This document shows positions 34,701 through 49,700 of a stretch of DNA of 64,000 bases, piece by piece (position 1 is the stretch's first letter; the number at the start of each line of letters is the position of its first letter). The notes below the pieces were generated by a model. It saw only the letters and a program-made list of their open reading frames with translations, had not been told where the DNA came from and searched no databases. Both the position numbers and the translations under genes were made by a program. Source of the stretch: Lingula anatina (taxonomy: Eukaryota > Animalia > Brachiopoda); assembly GCA_051362555.1 (NCBI GenBank), contig CM120641.1, forward strand, positions 40,368,401-40,432,400. The letters run 5' to 3'.

Positions 34701-37700
34701 GTGGTTTAATAAGGAATATTCCAGATTCCTGTTCTATGGCATCTAGAGTTTCTGTTAGCAACTGGGCAAGCTGGAGCCGGGTGTTGCCCATCTCATCCAT
34801 CTTCTCTGCCCATCTCTGGGCTCTCTGGAAATAAAAACATCGATCACTTAATTTTCTTTCATTCTTTCAAATTAAACAAAGTCAAAAGGTTGCTTAATAT
34901 CAATTATCAACATATATCATGTGAAAGGGGGGATGAAAAGAAATTTTCCATCAGCCAAATTAGGCAAAAATTAGAAGAACACTACTAGAATTCAAAAGAA
35001 ATGTTCAGGTGTCATTATGGGCTACAAGTACTTAAGGATAAAACAAAGATTTAAAAATCAACAATATTTTGATGAGATATACCACTATAACAGGGCAGGG
35101 AGGGGTGGGGAAATTCAGATAAGCTATACCCTTTGTATCTGAGTCCTAAGAAATCACAAAATATCATCTTGTACATACCACATTTTGTATGGTTTCCATT
35201 CTATCTAGCACCTGGAACACCTCATTATTCAGGCTCTTGCTCTGCCTGACTGTCTCCTCAATTTCCTTCATACGGCAGTGGTGTACAAACTTCCTTACCA
35301 GGTGGGCCAGGCGCTGGGCTGGTAGGCTGACATAGGCCTGCATCTGGTCCACAGCATCCTAGGGAAACATGAACACATGACTCATGAATTCGAAACTTCT
35401 TCATGTAAGAACAGCTTCACTGTAGATGTTAGAAATTATAAGACTTGCTTTCATATCATTATTTATAGAGTCTTATAATTTCTTATAATTTCAGTGATGT
35501 AGATCTACATCACTGGCATGGATTCATCCAGGATGATTGGGATATCCAGTGATGAGGACAAAGAATTGTAAACATAAAACATTGTCATGTATCCCATCCC
35601 TTCCATCTAACATCTTCTAGTGTTTATTTATTTATTTATTTTTTTACAGTAATATTTCGCATGCAATTTTTAGATTGTAAAAACTGATTCCATTATGTCA
35701 TCTGAAGAAATGTCTCTGCTTTCAAAATATTACCTGAAAGATGACAACGTACCTTATACAAGTCTGGACTGAGTTTGCTATCATTTACAGCAGATTTCAT
35801 GGCCCTTGAGTTTCTATCTGAATCCAGCCTTGTGAACATGACTGCTGAGTCTGGATGTTCAAGCTGTGAAAAAAAAAAACATATCAGTAAAGTATAAAAA
35901 AAAAACAAACATAATAATGAATGTCACAGAATATCACTGAATTACATACATCACATTAGAATAAACAACATCATTAGGTACTACATCTGAGTGATATATA
36001 CATGTATAAAAAACAACACTCTCTGACCACAAGGTGCCCTAGTAGTCTGATACAAATATGTTGTTTTGACTCACACCATATTTTTGTATGCTATTTTACG
36101 AGCCCCTGATATCAGAGGGTAATAGGAGACCATGCTGCAGTGAATTGTTGATGCATGTTATTTCCCTGTACCTGAGTAGAGTACTGTCCCGGGGACTGAG
36201 CTAAACTTTTCCTCAAGCCAGAAAGCTCTTTTTCCAGCTCTTTAATTGTGTCCTGCATTCCCATCATAACTACCTGGTTGTGGCTGGAACAGATTACATA
36301 TTTATGTTAATTTATTATGTTAATTTATGTTAATTTTACTGAATGTGCATTAAAACGCACAAAACTTACAGGAAATTTTGTAAGATAAAAAGATTTTTAA
36401 AAATTGAGTAGCAGGAAGTTTATGTCTGATAAAAACTTACTTCACTTCATCCTGATGCTTCTTTGTTTCATCTTGAAACAGGTTTTGCCTGCAAATATTA
36501 TAAAAAAATATTAATACCAGTATAAAATCATACTGGTTGCAATTTATGATATTTTTCATTATATATAATTATATTTTCATATTCAACAGACATACTTTCA
36601 CTTAAATGTATACTTTTGAGCATATCTTAGTGTAAATTCTACAATTGCAGAAATGATTACAATTAAAACTTCAGGTTCAGCCAGTCAACCAACATAGAAA
36701 AAAAAAAAAAATTCAACTTACAGATGATCATACTGTTGTTCCAATTCCTGGATTCTTCTGTTCCCAGAGTCGGCACTGGTGGGGGTCATCTTGGTTCCTA
36801 TTGTTCGTTGACTGTCCCTGGTGGCCCCCCTCAGTGACTCGGAGGACCTTTCTCGTGTCATTGTACGAGTAGGGTCACGGGAGACATTCAAAATAGATGA
36901 CACCACAGGGCCCTGCACAGGAATAAATGGTCACTTTGGTAATATTACATTATAGAATTCAGATATGATTTTGGTAAGAAAAAAAGTAGGAAGAAGTGAC
37001 TTGGTGGCAATATGACTGGGTAACGCTAACACCAGAAAACTCCCGAAAAAAAGAAAAAATATCCATTTTGTTATCTTAATCAGGGGGAAAACTTCTGACA
37101 ACTAATGCATACTTTTATTAATAATAATATGCCAATTACCAATTTACCAATGTCAGTAATCTGAATAATAAATGATGAAATGATTTCAGAAACATGTAAC
37201 ATAATTTCTGATCTTAAACAAATTATATTTTGTTGGCGCTGATCACTTACCCTGTCATTTATGATAATACTGCTGAGCAAGGATGTTATTTCTTCAAATA
37301 CTGAAAATGAAATAAGTGAAAAATTAGTTGTGCTTGTTAACAATCTTAAATCTATTTATCAATTTTATTTGCTACTTTAGACAACAAAGACAACAATAAA
37401 TTTAAATCAACAGACGATATCATCTTTAAATATAATGCAGTGAAAGAATATAATAGAATATAAATATAATGAAGTGAAAAAAAACACTGGCTTGAAGCAT
37501 GTATCATGATATTATTTAAGGGTGCATAGATTAATCCTCACTTACAGGTATAGACATTCTTTGTCATCTTCTCAATTTGTGGAATCACCTTTTCACCACG
37601 GTCAAACAGAATACCTTCTATTTCAGATAACATTTGGCTGGCCTGAAGCATCTCTGAAGTAAAAATTATTTAATATTTGAAAGAATGTCACCATATATGT

Positions 37701-40700
37701 CAAAATTCAATAAATCATTCAAAACTATTATTTATTTCACAGAGTTCAGGAAAAACACAAATGGGTAACTAACCAGTCTTGCCATAGTCTTTCATACTCA
37801 CCTTTATTCAGTAGCACTTGAGCAACATCATCTTTGAATTTCACTATTCCATTGTAAGTTTTCATGTACTCATTGACAATGGGGTGATCTGCCAGAGCCA
37901 TGTGCCTGAAAGAGAAGTACAACATAGATGATTTAGCATCCAAAACACTAAACAGTCTATAAAATGAATAATTTGTGAATTTACAAGAACTTCGGTGACA
38001 ACCAAGCCTTACATAGGACTATGTTTAGCTGTGCCTTTCCTTGGTGTTCATTTCATTCCTATCTGGGAATGACATTTTTAATTTTACGATCTGTCATCTT
38101 AAAACCCTATTGTAACTGAATTCAACAATGAATAATTTCCTATTGCTTGACTGCTGCCTCAAAGTATATTAAAGGAATTTGGCATGAAAAAAAGTGGTAG
38201 TTACTGTCTTCATGCTATTTTATTTGTGCCATTCCTCTACCCTAGAACCTTAAACTATGAAACATACCTTTGAACTACATTAGATAAAACCAGAAAAACT
38301 TTTTTACGAAACAGGTGGCTAATTGCTTTGAACCAACTAAAATAAATTTTTCATTCAGTGTTATATTGAATAATGTGAGAATATAGAAAAAAAAATCAGT
38401 CTTCATGCCTATAAGAGGCTATATGCTAGAGGCTATATAAGGTTTTAAGATTTAAAATTTACATTTGCATCAAGACATTCATGTACCAATACAAACATTA
38501 AAGAGATGCAACACTGCTACAAGAACAGAAATGATCACAAACACGAAGTTAAGTATTCAAACATGGACTATAACAAGTGTACGCACATATACATAGTACA
38601 AACGGTAGTACTTTTTTCATCTGAAGTATGTGCAGATCAAAACTAACAACAAAGACAACATTAACAACATTCAGTTAACATCCTCATTTACATTAACAGC
38701 TACATTAACAAACAAAAACATTAAAGACATATATATAGAATAATCAAATTACAAAAGATCGGGCATTTTAGAAAAAGAATTATGCACAAATATGTATTTC
38801 AAAAGAAAAAAATCCTTCTTTCACAATGCTACACCACATAGCAACATTAATTTTTAGTATGAAAATTAAAAAGGAATGGTTATCATACAAAGAATATATA
38901 TCTGAGGCAATGCTCCAAGTGTGACTGACATAGTAGAGATACTGTACGTATAATGAAGGCAAATGCTAAGAGCAATTTGAGTTCACATATTCCAGTATAA
39001 TTACCAGTCTGTAATATCAATTTCTTCCTCATCTTCCAAACTGGGTGTTTAAAAACAATTGTTTTCATCATTTTTGATGTCACACTTATTCAAATTTCTA
39101 TGACTGACAGATAGTTTAAAAGTGCACTTTATTTATACACTGTAGTCTAAACATGAACATGAATTTTTGAATCTTAAAAATATAAAAAATGACTATATGT
39201 ACTAGTATTACAAATTTTGATAAAATAAATGAATTTTTGTTTAATATTACATATTAGATTGCAAGTTTCTCCAAATTTCAATAAGAAAATTAAAAACTTT
39301 TATTTGCACGATTTCCTGAGGAAAAGTACCGTGTTTTACCTGTCATTTTCTTCAATTGGGCTTTTCAAAAAACAAGAAAGTCGATTTAAGATATCTCCTG
39401 GTTATTTTATCTTATAATCCCTGCATTATCGCTTGATGAATATAACTTATATGTGGTCTGAATACACTTATCTCAAAACCTTCATTTTACAGATGCCTAA
39501 ATCTGGATTATCTTTTTAAAAACTTAAAATTATGACAATTACCATCTAATTTTAAAATTCGAGAATCATTTCCAAATTAATCACACCCCACACTTATAAA
39601 CTCCCCTCTTTAATGGTCTAGAAAACAGCAGTGAGCAATTGTATTTAAAAAGTAAAAGTGGAGTAAAATCAGTGCTACCCTTACCTCTTTGTGTGTAGGG
39701 ACATGGGGGAGGTACCAACATCAAGTGTGGTCTTTACATCTGAAATATAGCAATCACGACACTGTAACATATCTCCTATACAAAGGCTAATAATAATAAT
39801 ATTTAAAATCTGCAGTGAACAAGTAAGACATTAACCGAAACTACGATTTATAAACAATAGTAAATAATTATCTAAATAGTTTGTTTTAAGTTTTCTTTAT
39901 CACAGGTTACCTCAATAAATTATTACTTCTTCGGGAAAAGATCACTGGATTCTCTAAAGAAGAATTCTTAACATGTTTGAACCATATCTGTGTCACACTC
40001 ACCTTCAGGGAAGGGCATATCTCCGTCCTCATCCACCTCCAGCTCACTGACAGGTCTGGAAGTCACCATGATGCTCTGTGACATCTTCCGCCTCTGGTCA
40101 ATGGACTGCCGCCTCTCGGCTATCTTAGCCTTGTGCTGGCTCAGAGAAGACGTCTGACTGGACATGCGACCATCTGCCCCGGTGTCAGGTCTGCTAGGTT
40201 CTACAGACTGGAAAAAGGGTAAAAAATACATATTAGTCAAAATATACATGTATATTCAAATTTAATTAAGAGTTTGATTTATCACTTAATAGACAAAATA
40301 GTGACATCTTTGACTTAAATGTTTCACAATCTTTTAACCCTAGTAATTTTGGACACATATGAGAATATGTACAGTATTAAATAAGCTGTAAATAATTTTA
40401 TAACCCACAGAAGAAGGGCAACATATAATTAATACCCAGAAATCCTAAAACAGTGATGTATCAAGAAAAAATTAATGAGATCTGAAATAAATAAGTGGTT
40501 ATAATCAATGTGCAATAAACTGTGCACTATGTGGTGGTTGAGAAGAATTTGTTTCCAAAATATCTGGAGCTGTGCATTATTTGTGAGATAAATAAAATGA
40601 AAGAACAATTCGAAACCCATCAAAATGTAAGTTTTAGTAAGACCAGTTAAGAAGTGTTGTATGAGGGATAATACAACTGAGAAGGCAGTGTGGCGTTTAT

Positions 40701-43700
40701 TATTAGAAGTGAGGCAGCTTGTGGCAGGGGGTTCCTGAAGGGAGCAAGGGGGGGGGGGTGTAGGGGCAAATACCTGGTTTTTATTTGTCCCGACTCTTTG
40801 AGCAGTACTGTGTAAAGCATGTGAAAAAAAACTAGCATTTTCAGACATTGACCTTCCAGAAGGAGGCCTGGACACTGAGTTAACTGAAAGACTTTGTGAT
40901 TTCTTTGTATGTCTGACTGCTGCTGTCTTGGGTCTGAGACCATTAGGGGAGATCACAGACCATGGATGATAGGTTTTCACTTTCTTTGACTTTGAAAAAT
41001 GCACAGATTTTGATTCTTTTTGGTGTGATGTAATGATTGAGTCACAGCTTGAGTCTCTTAAAATGGACTGAAAAGGGAAAAGCAAGCACACAATTATGGT
41101 GTTAACATATGTTTGCAAACATTCTCCATTCAAATCTGCAATCAAAACAATTGTTATTTTCAGTGTAAGTATTTCTGTTAAAAAGTATATCATGATAAAA
41201 AAAATCCAGTATAAAAAATATATCAACACACATGCACAAAAGGTTGAACATATTCTTCTGGGATGTTATAAGCCCTGCAAAATAAAGCTGCATGCATTTA
41301 TTAGCATTAGCAGGATACAAACACCTAAGTACTTCAAAGATTTTGGTGGGTACACTGTACCAGTACAACACTTTATACGACTTTCCTACAATGACACAAG
41401 CAAATGGCTATACATGTACATGCCATGGTGCACAAAATACCATACATCAGAAAATATGCACAGTATGATACACATCTTTAATGTGTTGTGCAGCTGGAAA
41501 AGCTCTGGATGGATACACTGGATATGGTAAAATACATGTGCATAAAAGCACAGGGGGTAACCACAATAGGGAACAACAGAGGGATTATCAGTGGCAAAGC
41601 ATGTTACATATGCCAAGGACGCCGAATGCATGCGAGCATGGGGTATTAGGAGGCATATAATTCATCAACAACAGTGTATTTAAATATATGAAATATGCAC
41701 ATGAAAACATGTCACATACAAGGATGGGGCAAGTTGCTAGCATGGCTATATGAATTAGTATGCATAGGTGAGACAACAACTCCACCGGTGACATGCAAGG
41801 TAGGCAGGTTAGGTGACAGGCGAGTTAATCCAGGTGCAGGTTGATCATCCACGGAGGGTGCAAGTATACCTTTCTGGTGGCGTTGGGCGTGGCACTACGC
41901 TTCTGCCCACTGGACACCCTGGAATGAGCCTGGCTAAGACGCGAGTCCACACCCCCTTGTGCACCCTCTGCTGCAGAGGCAGTGAGGCTGTGGATGGATG
42001 CAGGAACAAGGTCAGACTGCATGCGTGAGGGGGCCAACGAGGCAGGGGTCTTTGGCAGCTCCACTTCCTCATTGGCTGCCTGGTCAGATAAGTGCAGGGC
42101 ATCATGAGGAGTTTCTGGCACTGTTGAAGCAGGGTCCTCAGGTTTGGGCTCCTCTTGTGCAGGTGCCTGAGAAGGCTGTTCTGAGGTCTAAATAGTGGGA
42201 AGAAGTGATAAGGAAAAAACTAATTTTGCAGAACAAAAACAAATTTATGAAAGAAAGTTCTAGAGCAAGAAGATGGCCCTTTCTGAAAAACTATATCATC
42301 ATGAAATATACAGTATGGAGAAAGAAGATATAATTTATAGATGATACTTAAAATTTAGCAGAACCGATTTTACACATCCTACGAAGTATGCACTATAATG
42401 GAAGAAAATATAATATGATTTTAAGAAGCAGAATTATCTATACATTCAAAATGCACTGCAGTATTTTTATATCAAAAAAATATTTAATGCTTTTTCTAAT
42501 AAGCAGATGTTACCAGTTGACAAATAAATCTTTGATTAAAAGATGAAAATATAAAATGACGTATCAAGTCATGCAAATACTACAAGATTATCTAACAATA
42601 CCTATAAAGCTGAAAAATTTGTGAATTCAAGACAAAAAGAACTTGTGTATCACACATGTGCATTTAAGAAATAAGGTAAAAATATGGCAAAATTAATTTA
42701 AAGCTGAAAAATATTTGGTTAGTTGACACAAATATGTCACTCATCATCAAATACCAATATACATGGATCTATTTTATAAATCCAACAGAAGCCTGAAGAA
42801 TAGAAAGTATGTGTCGTATGGTTGAACAAAGTCTCAGCAGATGAAACATGCTGTTAGTAGATGCAATAACTAGTCCCCTGTGATAAGTCCCCATACAAGT
42901 TGACCTTTATTTGGTCACAACTGGAAAGCCTGTTATCCACTGAAAATATAAAGGCAGCTATTTGTTAGTTAAGCACATGCACCCCTGTCCCCGTGCTCTG
43001 CTGTAACCACGTGCCATCCTGTTAGTGTTTCATGCAAGCCAAGCTAACCTTCTCCACAGTTTCCTGGGTCTTTACCTCTTCTTGTGCTCTGTACAATTCT
43101 TCATCTGTCTGCAGCTGTTTCACAGCAGTCAGCTCCTTGAAAGGGGATGTTGCTTTGTCGTAGAGCTTCTGAGGAGGCTTCTGACCCACGTTTACGTCTC
43201 CTCCAAGCTTGGAGAGTGGAATGGCTGCCAGTTTGGCAAATGTTTGGAAGATGCTGCTTGGTTCAAAGCCCAGAAATATGGCCTCTGTGGAGACTTGGGT
43301 GGCCAGACCAAAGATGGCCAGTGTGCGGTCCCTCTCTTCCTCATTCAAATGGAACTCTTTCTCATGTTGAGACATGAATGAGCTTCTGAGGGCATTCAGC
43401 TGCTTCTGCTGCACTTCATCCAGATTGGTTTCAATCATCATCTCTTTGACACTCTCCAAGGCCTCCTCCATGACAGGAGGGAGGTGCTTTGCAGCTGTGG
43501 CACCTTCTTCCTCCATACCTCCTTGAGATGCTGTCTCCTCATTCTCTGGGAATATTGTTACACTCAAGGCATTTTTGGCCTTGTGAGACTCTCGTGAAAT
43601 AAGCCTGCTTCTTCTGCCTGGGGACACATTACCTTGTCCGATACCAGGGACAGTTTCTGGACGTGGAGATTTGGGAGGTGTTGGGGTAAACTAAAATAAT

Positions 43701-46700
43701 GGTCAATGATCATGGAATGGTCTAGTATAACTGCTCTCTAACTAACAATCATGATTTAACTGAAATTTGAGGTTTTCAATGGCTACATTCGATATAAGAA
43801 ACATTTATTATCGTAGGAATTCAATTTTCAATGGACAGTCTGCCCATTTTTATGTCAATGCACAAAATTATTGTGCTATTCACTTTTTATCAAAAAAGCA
43901 GATAAAAACAAAGTTTGTATATGACAAAACTAACTGAAACTAAGTTTAATTATATATTAAACATTGCTGCTCACTTACACAGGAAAAACAATAGAGGATA
44001 AAGATAACATTGGCTACTGCCTACCTGTTCTCCTAAATCTGTTTTTGCCTTCTCCATACTCAGTCTGGAGCTCATGTCTCGCACCTGAGGTAGAAATAAT
44101 TTTTGGAATTTATAATCATATTTCAAGTAAATTAGCTTAAAGAAGTTCTTTCCGTATGTTTAGTAACATACTTCCCAACACGTTCACAATTTAATTTTTC
44201 ATAAAGTAACTGGAAACTGGGCCATTTTAATAAACTAATTCAATTATCTGCATGCATGTTCCATGTACTGCAAAAACCAAAATATCAAACATTTGCACAG
44301 CTTGTATACTGTATTGTAATATATATTTGTATATGTGATTCATATTATTAAATTTATTAACAAAATATGATTATTAGTAAAACAACGTGAAAAAGAAAGA
44401 CAAAAAACTGTAAAGAATTTTTTTTAAAGTTTTTCTTTTTTTTTTGTTAACAGCATCAACAACAACAATAAAGGGCAAATGTTATTAAACAAATTCCAGC
44501 TCGGCTTCTCTGAAATTTTAGAAAAAGTTTGACAACAGTAACAAACAGACCTTCTTTCCATAGTGTTTGGGTTTCTGTAAAAAAACGTGTCATCCACTCT
44601 AAGCATTTGAAAAAATGGCATTAGTGTTCACCAGGACAAGCTCATCTGTTATTGTCAGCAACTCAGTGATTTGCGTCATGTCACAACAACAAATTGGGTT
44701 TCACAAAATGATATTCACAGTGAATTCACAACATCCACATACAACAACAACAACAACTTGAAGAAAAGCCAGTTAGTGCCACAAAAACTCCGTGGTGGCT
44801 ACCTTGGGGGTTTCCTGTGCACTGGCAGGGGGTGCGGTTTGATCATTGACAGACTCTTCCTCAGTTTCTTTACTGACCTCCTGCAGTGGTAATGGTGTCA
44901 AGGCAGGCACCTCTGCCCTACTGCCATTATCCATGGTAGATACTCTACCAGCTGCAGCTGAATTTCTGATCTGTATTCAGAAATAAATCAAAGTTTCATC
45001 CTTCTATGGAATGTGTACACATATATTCAGTAAAAAATTATACATGATGTGTAATTAGTATACCTGGTCTCATATTAGCATATGAATAATGTAGTCAATG
45101 GCTCAAAAGAGTTCTTTACCTATAGAAAAAGGATTTTTCTTGTTTTCACAAAACTGGTTTTCCTTTAAATTATAATTTCGGAAGTCAATATCTTCGCCTA
45201 TTGACTGCTTTGCTAGAGTAGGCCAGGTATACTTTAATATGATACATAGTTTCCACTATGGTTCTGCATGAGCTCACCTTTGCATCATCTGTCTGCTGCA
45301 GCAGAGCCTGCAGATCTTGTTCTGAGGGAGCCTCGGCAGCTGCAGCCTGTGGCTTCTCAGCAGACAGCTTCTGCTTCTCTGTCTCCTGTAGTTCCTGGAA
45401 TGGGAATTTGTATGATAAAAGGTCAGGGGTATCAAGTTGTTAGTGGGAGTCAAACAAAAGAAACAATGGTTTATTATCACATGTTATAATCAGCATTCAG
45501 AAAAGTTAACACATAGGTATAAATTTGCAACTAAATTATGAAAATATTCTCAATCAAAGAATACGTGACAAGACAAAATGTACTTCAATCACATTGAAAA
45601 ATGATTTTTAGAGCTTAATTGTCAATGTCTATTGGATGAAAAACTAAAATGTGACAAGTGACATTAAAAAGGTATATGATACCAGTATTATGGTAACCAA
45701 TTTCACTCTGCATGAGATATACAGAAGCATTCACTCAGTATATTTCCTTCTTTTTTCCTGTTTCCACTTACCAGTTGTTCCTGTTCATTTATGAAGTCTT
45801 CTAGTTGTGTCATGGCGGAATCTGCTTCCTTCTCTGCCTCTGTCTGTAGCCGCTGAGCTTGATCAACTTGCTGCACTAAGATATTGCGTTCCTAAAATAA
45901 TTTGGCACAGATTTACCCAAATATAACAAGTAGCACCATAGAAATACACACTGAAAGAGTTAAGAATTATATATCAACAAATTATGAAAACTTCAGAATA
46001 TGTTTAAAAACAGGCTGGATGAGATAAAATATAATATGTTCAAAGTTTAGAAGACATAAACATTTTACCTGTTCCCATTTGCTCTTGTGTTCCTGGAATT
46101 GAGCTTTAAGTGTGTTGACTTTCTTCTGTGTTTTCACAGTATTTACCCTCATCTGTTCCTCAATCTCATCCAGTTTTTTCTTAGTCTGTGAAAGAACAGA
46201 TTGAAAATGTATGACTTAAAAGTAAAGTGTGTATTGAAATAGTTCATGATAAGATAATGCACACTGACCACATCTGTATGCTGATTAAAGAGATTTAACG
46301 ATAAATGCACAATTTGGCCTCCATAATGTACACATATGCATCAAAAACTCATCATATAATGCAATTATATAGCATAAAAAGATACATAATGTTTCATAAA
46401 GATAGATATGTGAATAAAATGAATAAAGGATGGGTTGGTGAGAATTTTTTAAATAATATTCTACTTTATATGACTAAAAAGAATCCCAGAACTCACCAGC
46501 TGTCTATACTGGAGGAATCTTCCAGGTAACTGTTGGACAGGAATATTACTCTGAAAATAAATGAAAAAAAAATTAGTATACAATACATGTAATTTGTACT
46601 GATCAATGCTTATAATTGACTGCTTGGGGTTCAATCTTCCAAAACACTTCATGGTGTTATTTTCTGTTTTAGAGGATTATGATATTGACCAGTTTCTGTA

Positions 46701-49700
46701 TCTGAACAGATCAATGAAAATAGGTGATAAACTAGGACAAAGTAAATGGGAATACAATACTTACCCATGCTTCTTCATTCCGTAGATCTGGGGCATCTTC
46801 AAACTCTACTGTCACCTCCTGTACTGGCTCAAGCGTTGACTTGGCACGACTCTGCGATGTTTCCTCAGCCTCGCCTTCTTCACGTGTCTGCAATCATTTT
46901 GAATACAGTTTCAATACTTATTTCTTCAGCTTACTTAATATGGTCATGATCATTACATTTAATCTAGTTTCCTTAATTTAACTCCAAATGTCACTTCAAG
47001 TCAGAAAGAAATTTTCATTTTAAAGACGTAGCAGTATGTTGGGTGTCAACTATATCAAGCAGAAATAGGAGTAAAAAAACATAGTTATCAATACATTTTA
47101 ACAAACTTGGAAAACACACTAAATTCATTTTAAGCCTTGGTAGTATTTAAATAACCACAAACTATATGAGTGTAAAGGTGCAATAATAGAAGGAACTTAC
47201 ATCTGTCCTAGAAGTCTGTCGACTCTTGGCTCCAGATTTTTTGCCACCACTGGATTTATTGCTAACCTTGGAGGAATCCTTTGAAAGCATACGGCTGAGT
47301 TCCTACAGGAGAGGGAATGGTTCATAGATGAGATAAAATTTTGGTTAATGTTACACCCAGGTATGGTGGTAGTGAGAAATTTCTTCAGTACATAAAAAAA
47401 TCTACCTTGAAAGGAGTCAAATTATACATGAAACTCAGTCTGCAGGAAACAAAGAATGACTTGATTCAGAAATCTATATCCACCAACAATGAATTTCCTG
47501 AAGTGCAGATTAAATTGTTGCTAAGGACACACATCTGTTCTTTGTTACTTCTAAGAAACAGTGAAGAGCTTTCATCATTAAACATTTTATTGATGATTTC
47601 GGAAATAAAAGCTGGGTGGCAATAAGTTTGATGTTGTTTTTAAGAGGATTATAATGGAAAAAAAACTTCATGCAAAATGTCTGGCATCTGAAGCTCATCA
47701 TGGCTTTACCTGAGCCACTGTGTTTTAAAGGCCTCTATACACAAGGACTACTTAAGATAGAAAAACACTGGTAATTAGATGTCCACATAAACCCAGATAG
47801 ATGGAGAGAACATAGACCCAATTTTGCCATCTTCAACCCATCTAATGTGGGATTAAGAAGATTTTCAGTCTTAAATAGTCCTCGTTCGAACAGACTTGTA
47901 GGGTTTATGTAAACCAGGCTACCTATCTATACACCATAGACACACTTACTAACGAAAGCTGGCACGGACTGACATATAATAAATGTGACAGAGGCAATAA
48001 CCAGGATTGGATTATGAGATTAGTCTATCACAGTTGGCGCAAACTTTTCCATGGATTTCTTATGAATAAAATATGAATTTGTCATTCTTAAAAAACTACT
48101 TGTGAAATCAAAAAGTAAAATGGTCTCTTTAGCATACTATACACAGCCAATGCAATAACAACACATTTACAATATTTTATCATTGAACAGGCTAATATTG
48201 CTAGGTAGTAAAGACAATAAGCCATGAATGCAGATAGTGACTTGTAATATTAACATACAAGGCATGCATACACAGTTACTACATATCATTAATATTACTG
48301 TAAAATTACACTTATTTAGGTATACATAAGGAGGGTAGAAAAAGCCAAGAGGAATGAACAGTCCTATTGGTACAGCCAGCCTTGTCAATGTTAACAAAGG
48401 TCAGGGTATTTATTAGAATGAATCAGTGGTTAAAATTTTGTAAGTTTAATATAAATATACTTCATATATCATTGGGATTAATATTTAGGATCCATGCCTG
48501 AAAGTTTGGACAATGTTATTTACATTCATGTAGTGTTCAGTGTCTGTGAGTGATCTTTTAACTACTTCCACAAAAGAATCTTTAGGGCGAGTTCTGCCTA
48601 GCAGACTGGCAGACAAGGATCTCTACAGAGAGAAAGAAAACCAAATATTATCACTACATTAAAAGCTAATTCTGTTACTTCTACAAGATGCATTAAAAAG
48701 TAAATGAAATGACAAACTAAAAGGAAGAGTTATCCAATAAGTTTACAAATAGCAGCTTAATTATGTTCTTTAAAAACCAAAAGTTACATAAGCCACAAAT
48801 ATCAAGCTACCAGAAAATCAAGTCAGATATCCTGAAAGATTCAGGTATTTTTTCCAAACTTCCAAATTCTGAAACTAATATGTCTTAGACATCTTGTGCT
48901 TCTTTTCCTATTAGAGAATCACTGGCTGAGAAAGTTCTATTTATCTATTATTTCATTATGTTGAAACATCCAATTAATTATCACGGATCATGAACTCAGT
49001 CAAACACCATGACAGCACCACTGTGGTACAACATCGATGTATCAGATATCACCATATACATAATATACAACATCACAACAATAGTCTCACCGACAAGGGT
49101 GAGTTGAATGACCCATTGACAAACCTACATATACCACAACCAACCTTAATTCTGACTTTCTTTTTCTTCTGATTGTGAGAATAAAGATATCATAACTTTT
49201 AGATAGTTTTTCAAATCTTTCATTTGTAACTTCTTAAATTGAACCAATTAAACTATAGGAAAATGCCCAACTAAGAGCACCTGAATTATGATTAAACTGG
49301 ATATCTATTCAAAACTGTGCATATTTTAGTGAACTGTTGTTAATTGACTGTGAATACTCTATGATATAATACTATACTGGCCTATATGATAAAATACCCA
49401 GTGCAAATATTCTCCCTTGATCAAAGAATGAAACAGATGCCTCACCTGCCGTGTGCTTTGCCTTGAAAGCTTACTTTCAGCATCAACATCTGACTGTGCC
49501 GACTCATAATCATCACTTTTCTCAGTCTGAAATAAGAGAAACAAAAAACTAATGAAAAAAACTCACTTTTCTCTAAGCAATACCACACAATCTGTTTGAG
49601 AAACAACAGCACATTCAATCCCACTTATACTTTAAATTTTGTTTGGTCAGATTTTAATTCCAATGTAAGAAAACAATTTTTAATGAAAAATAAATATTGC

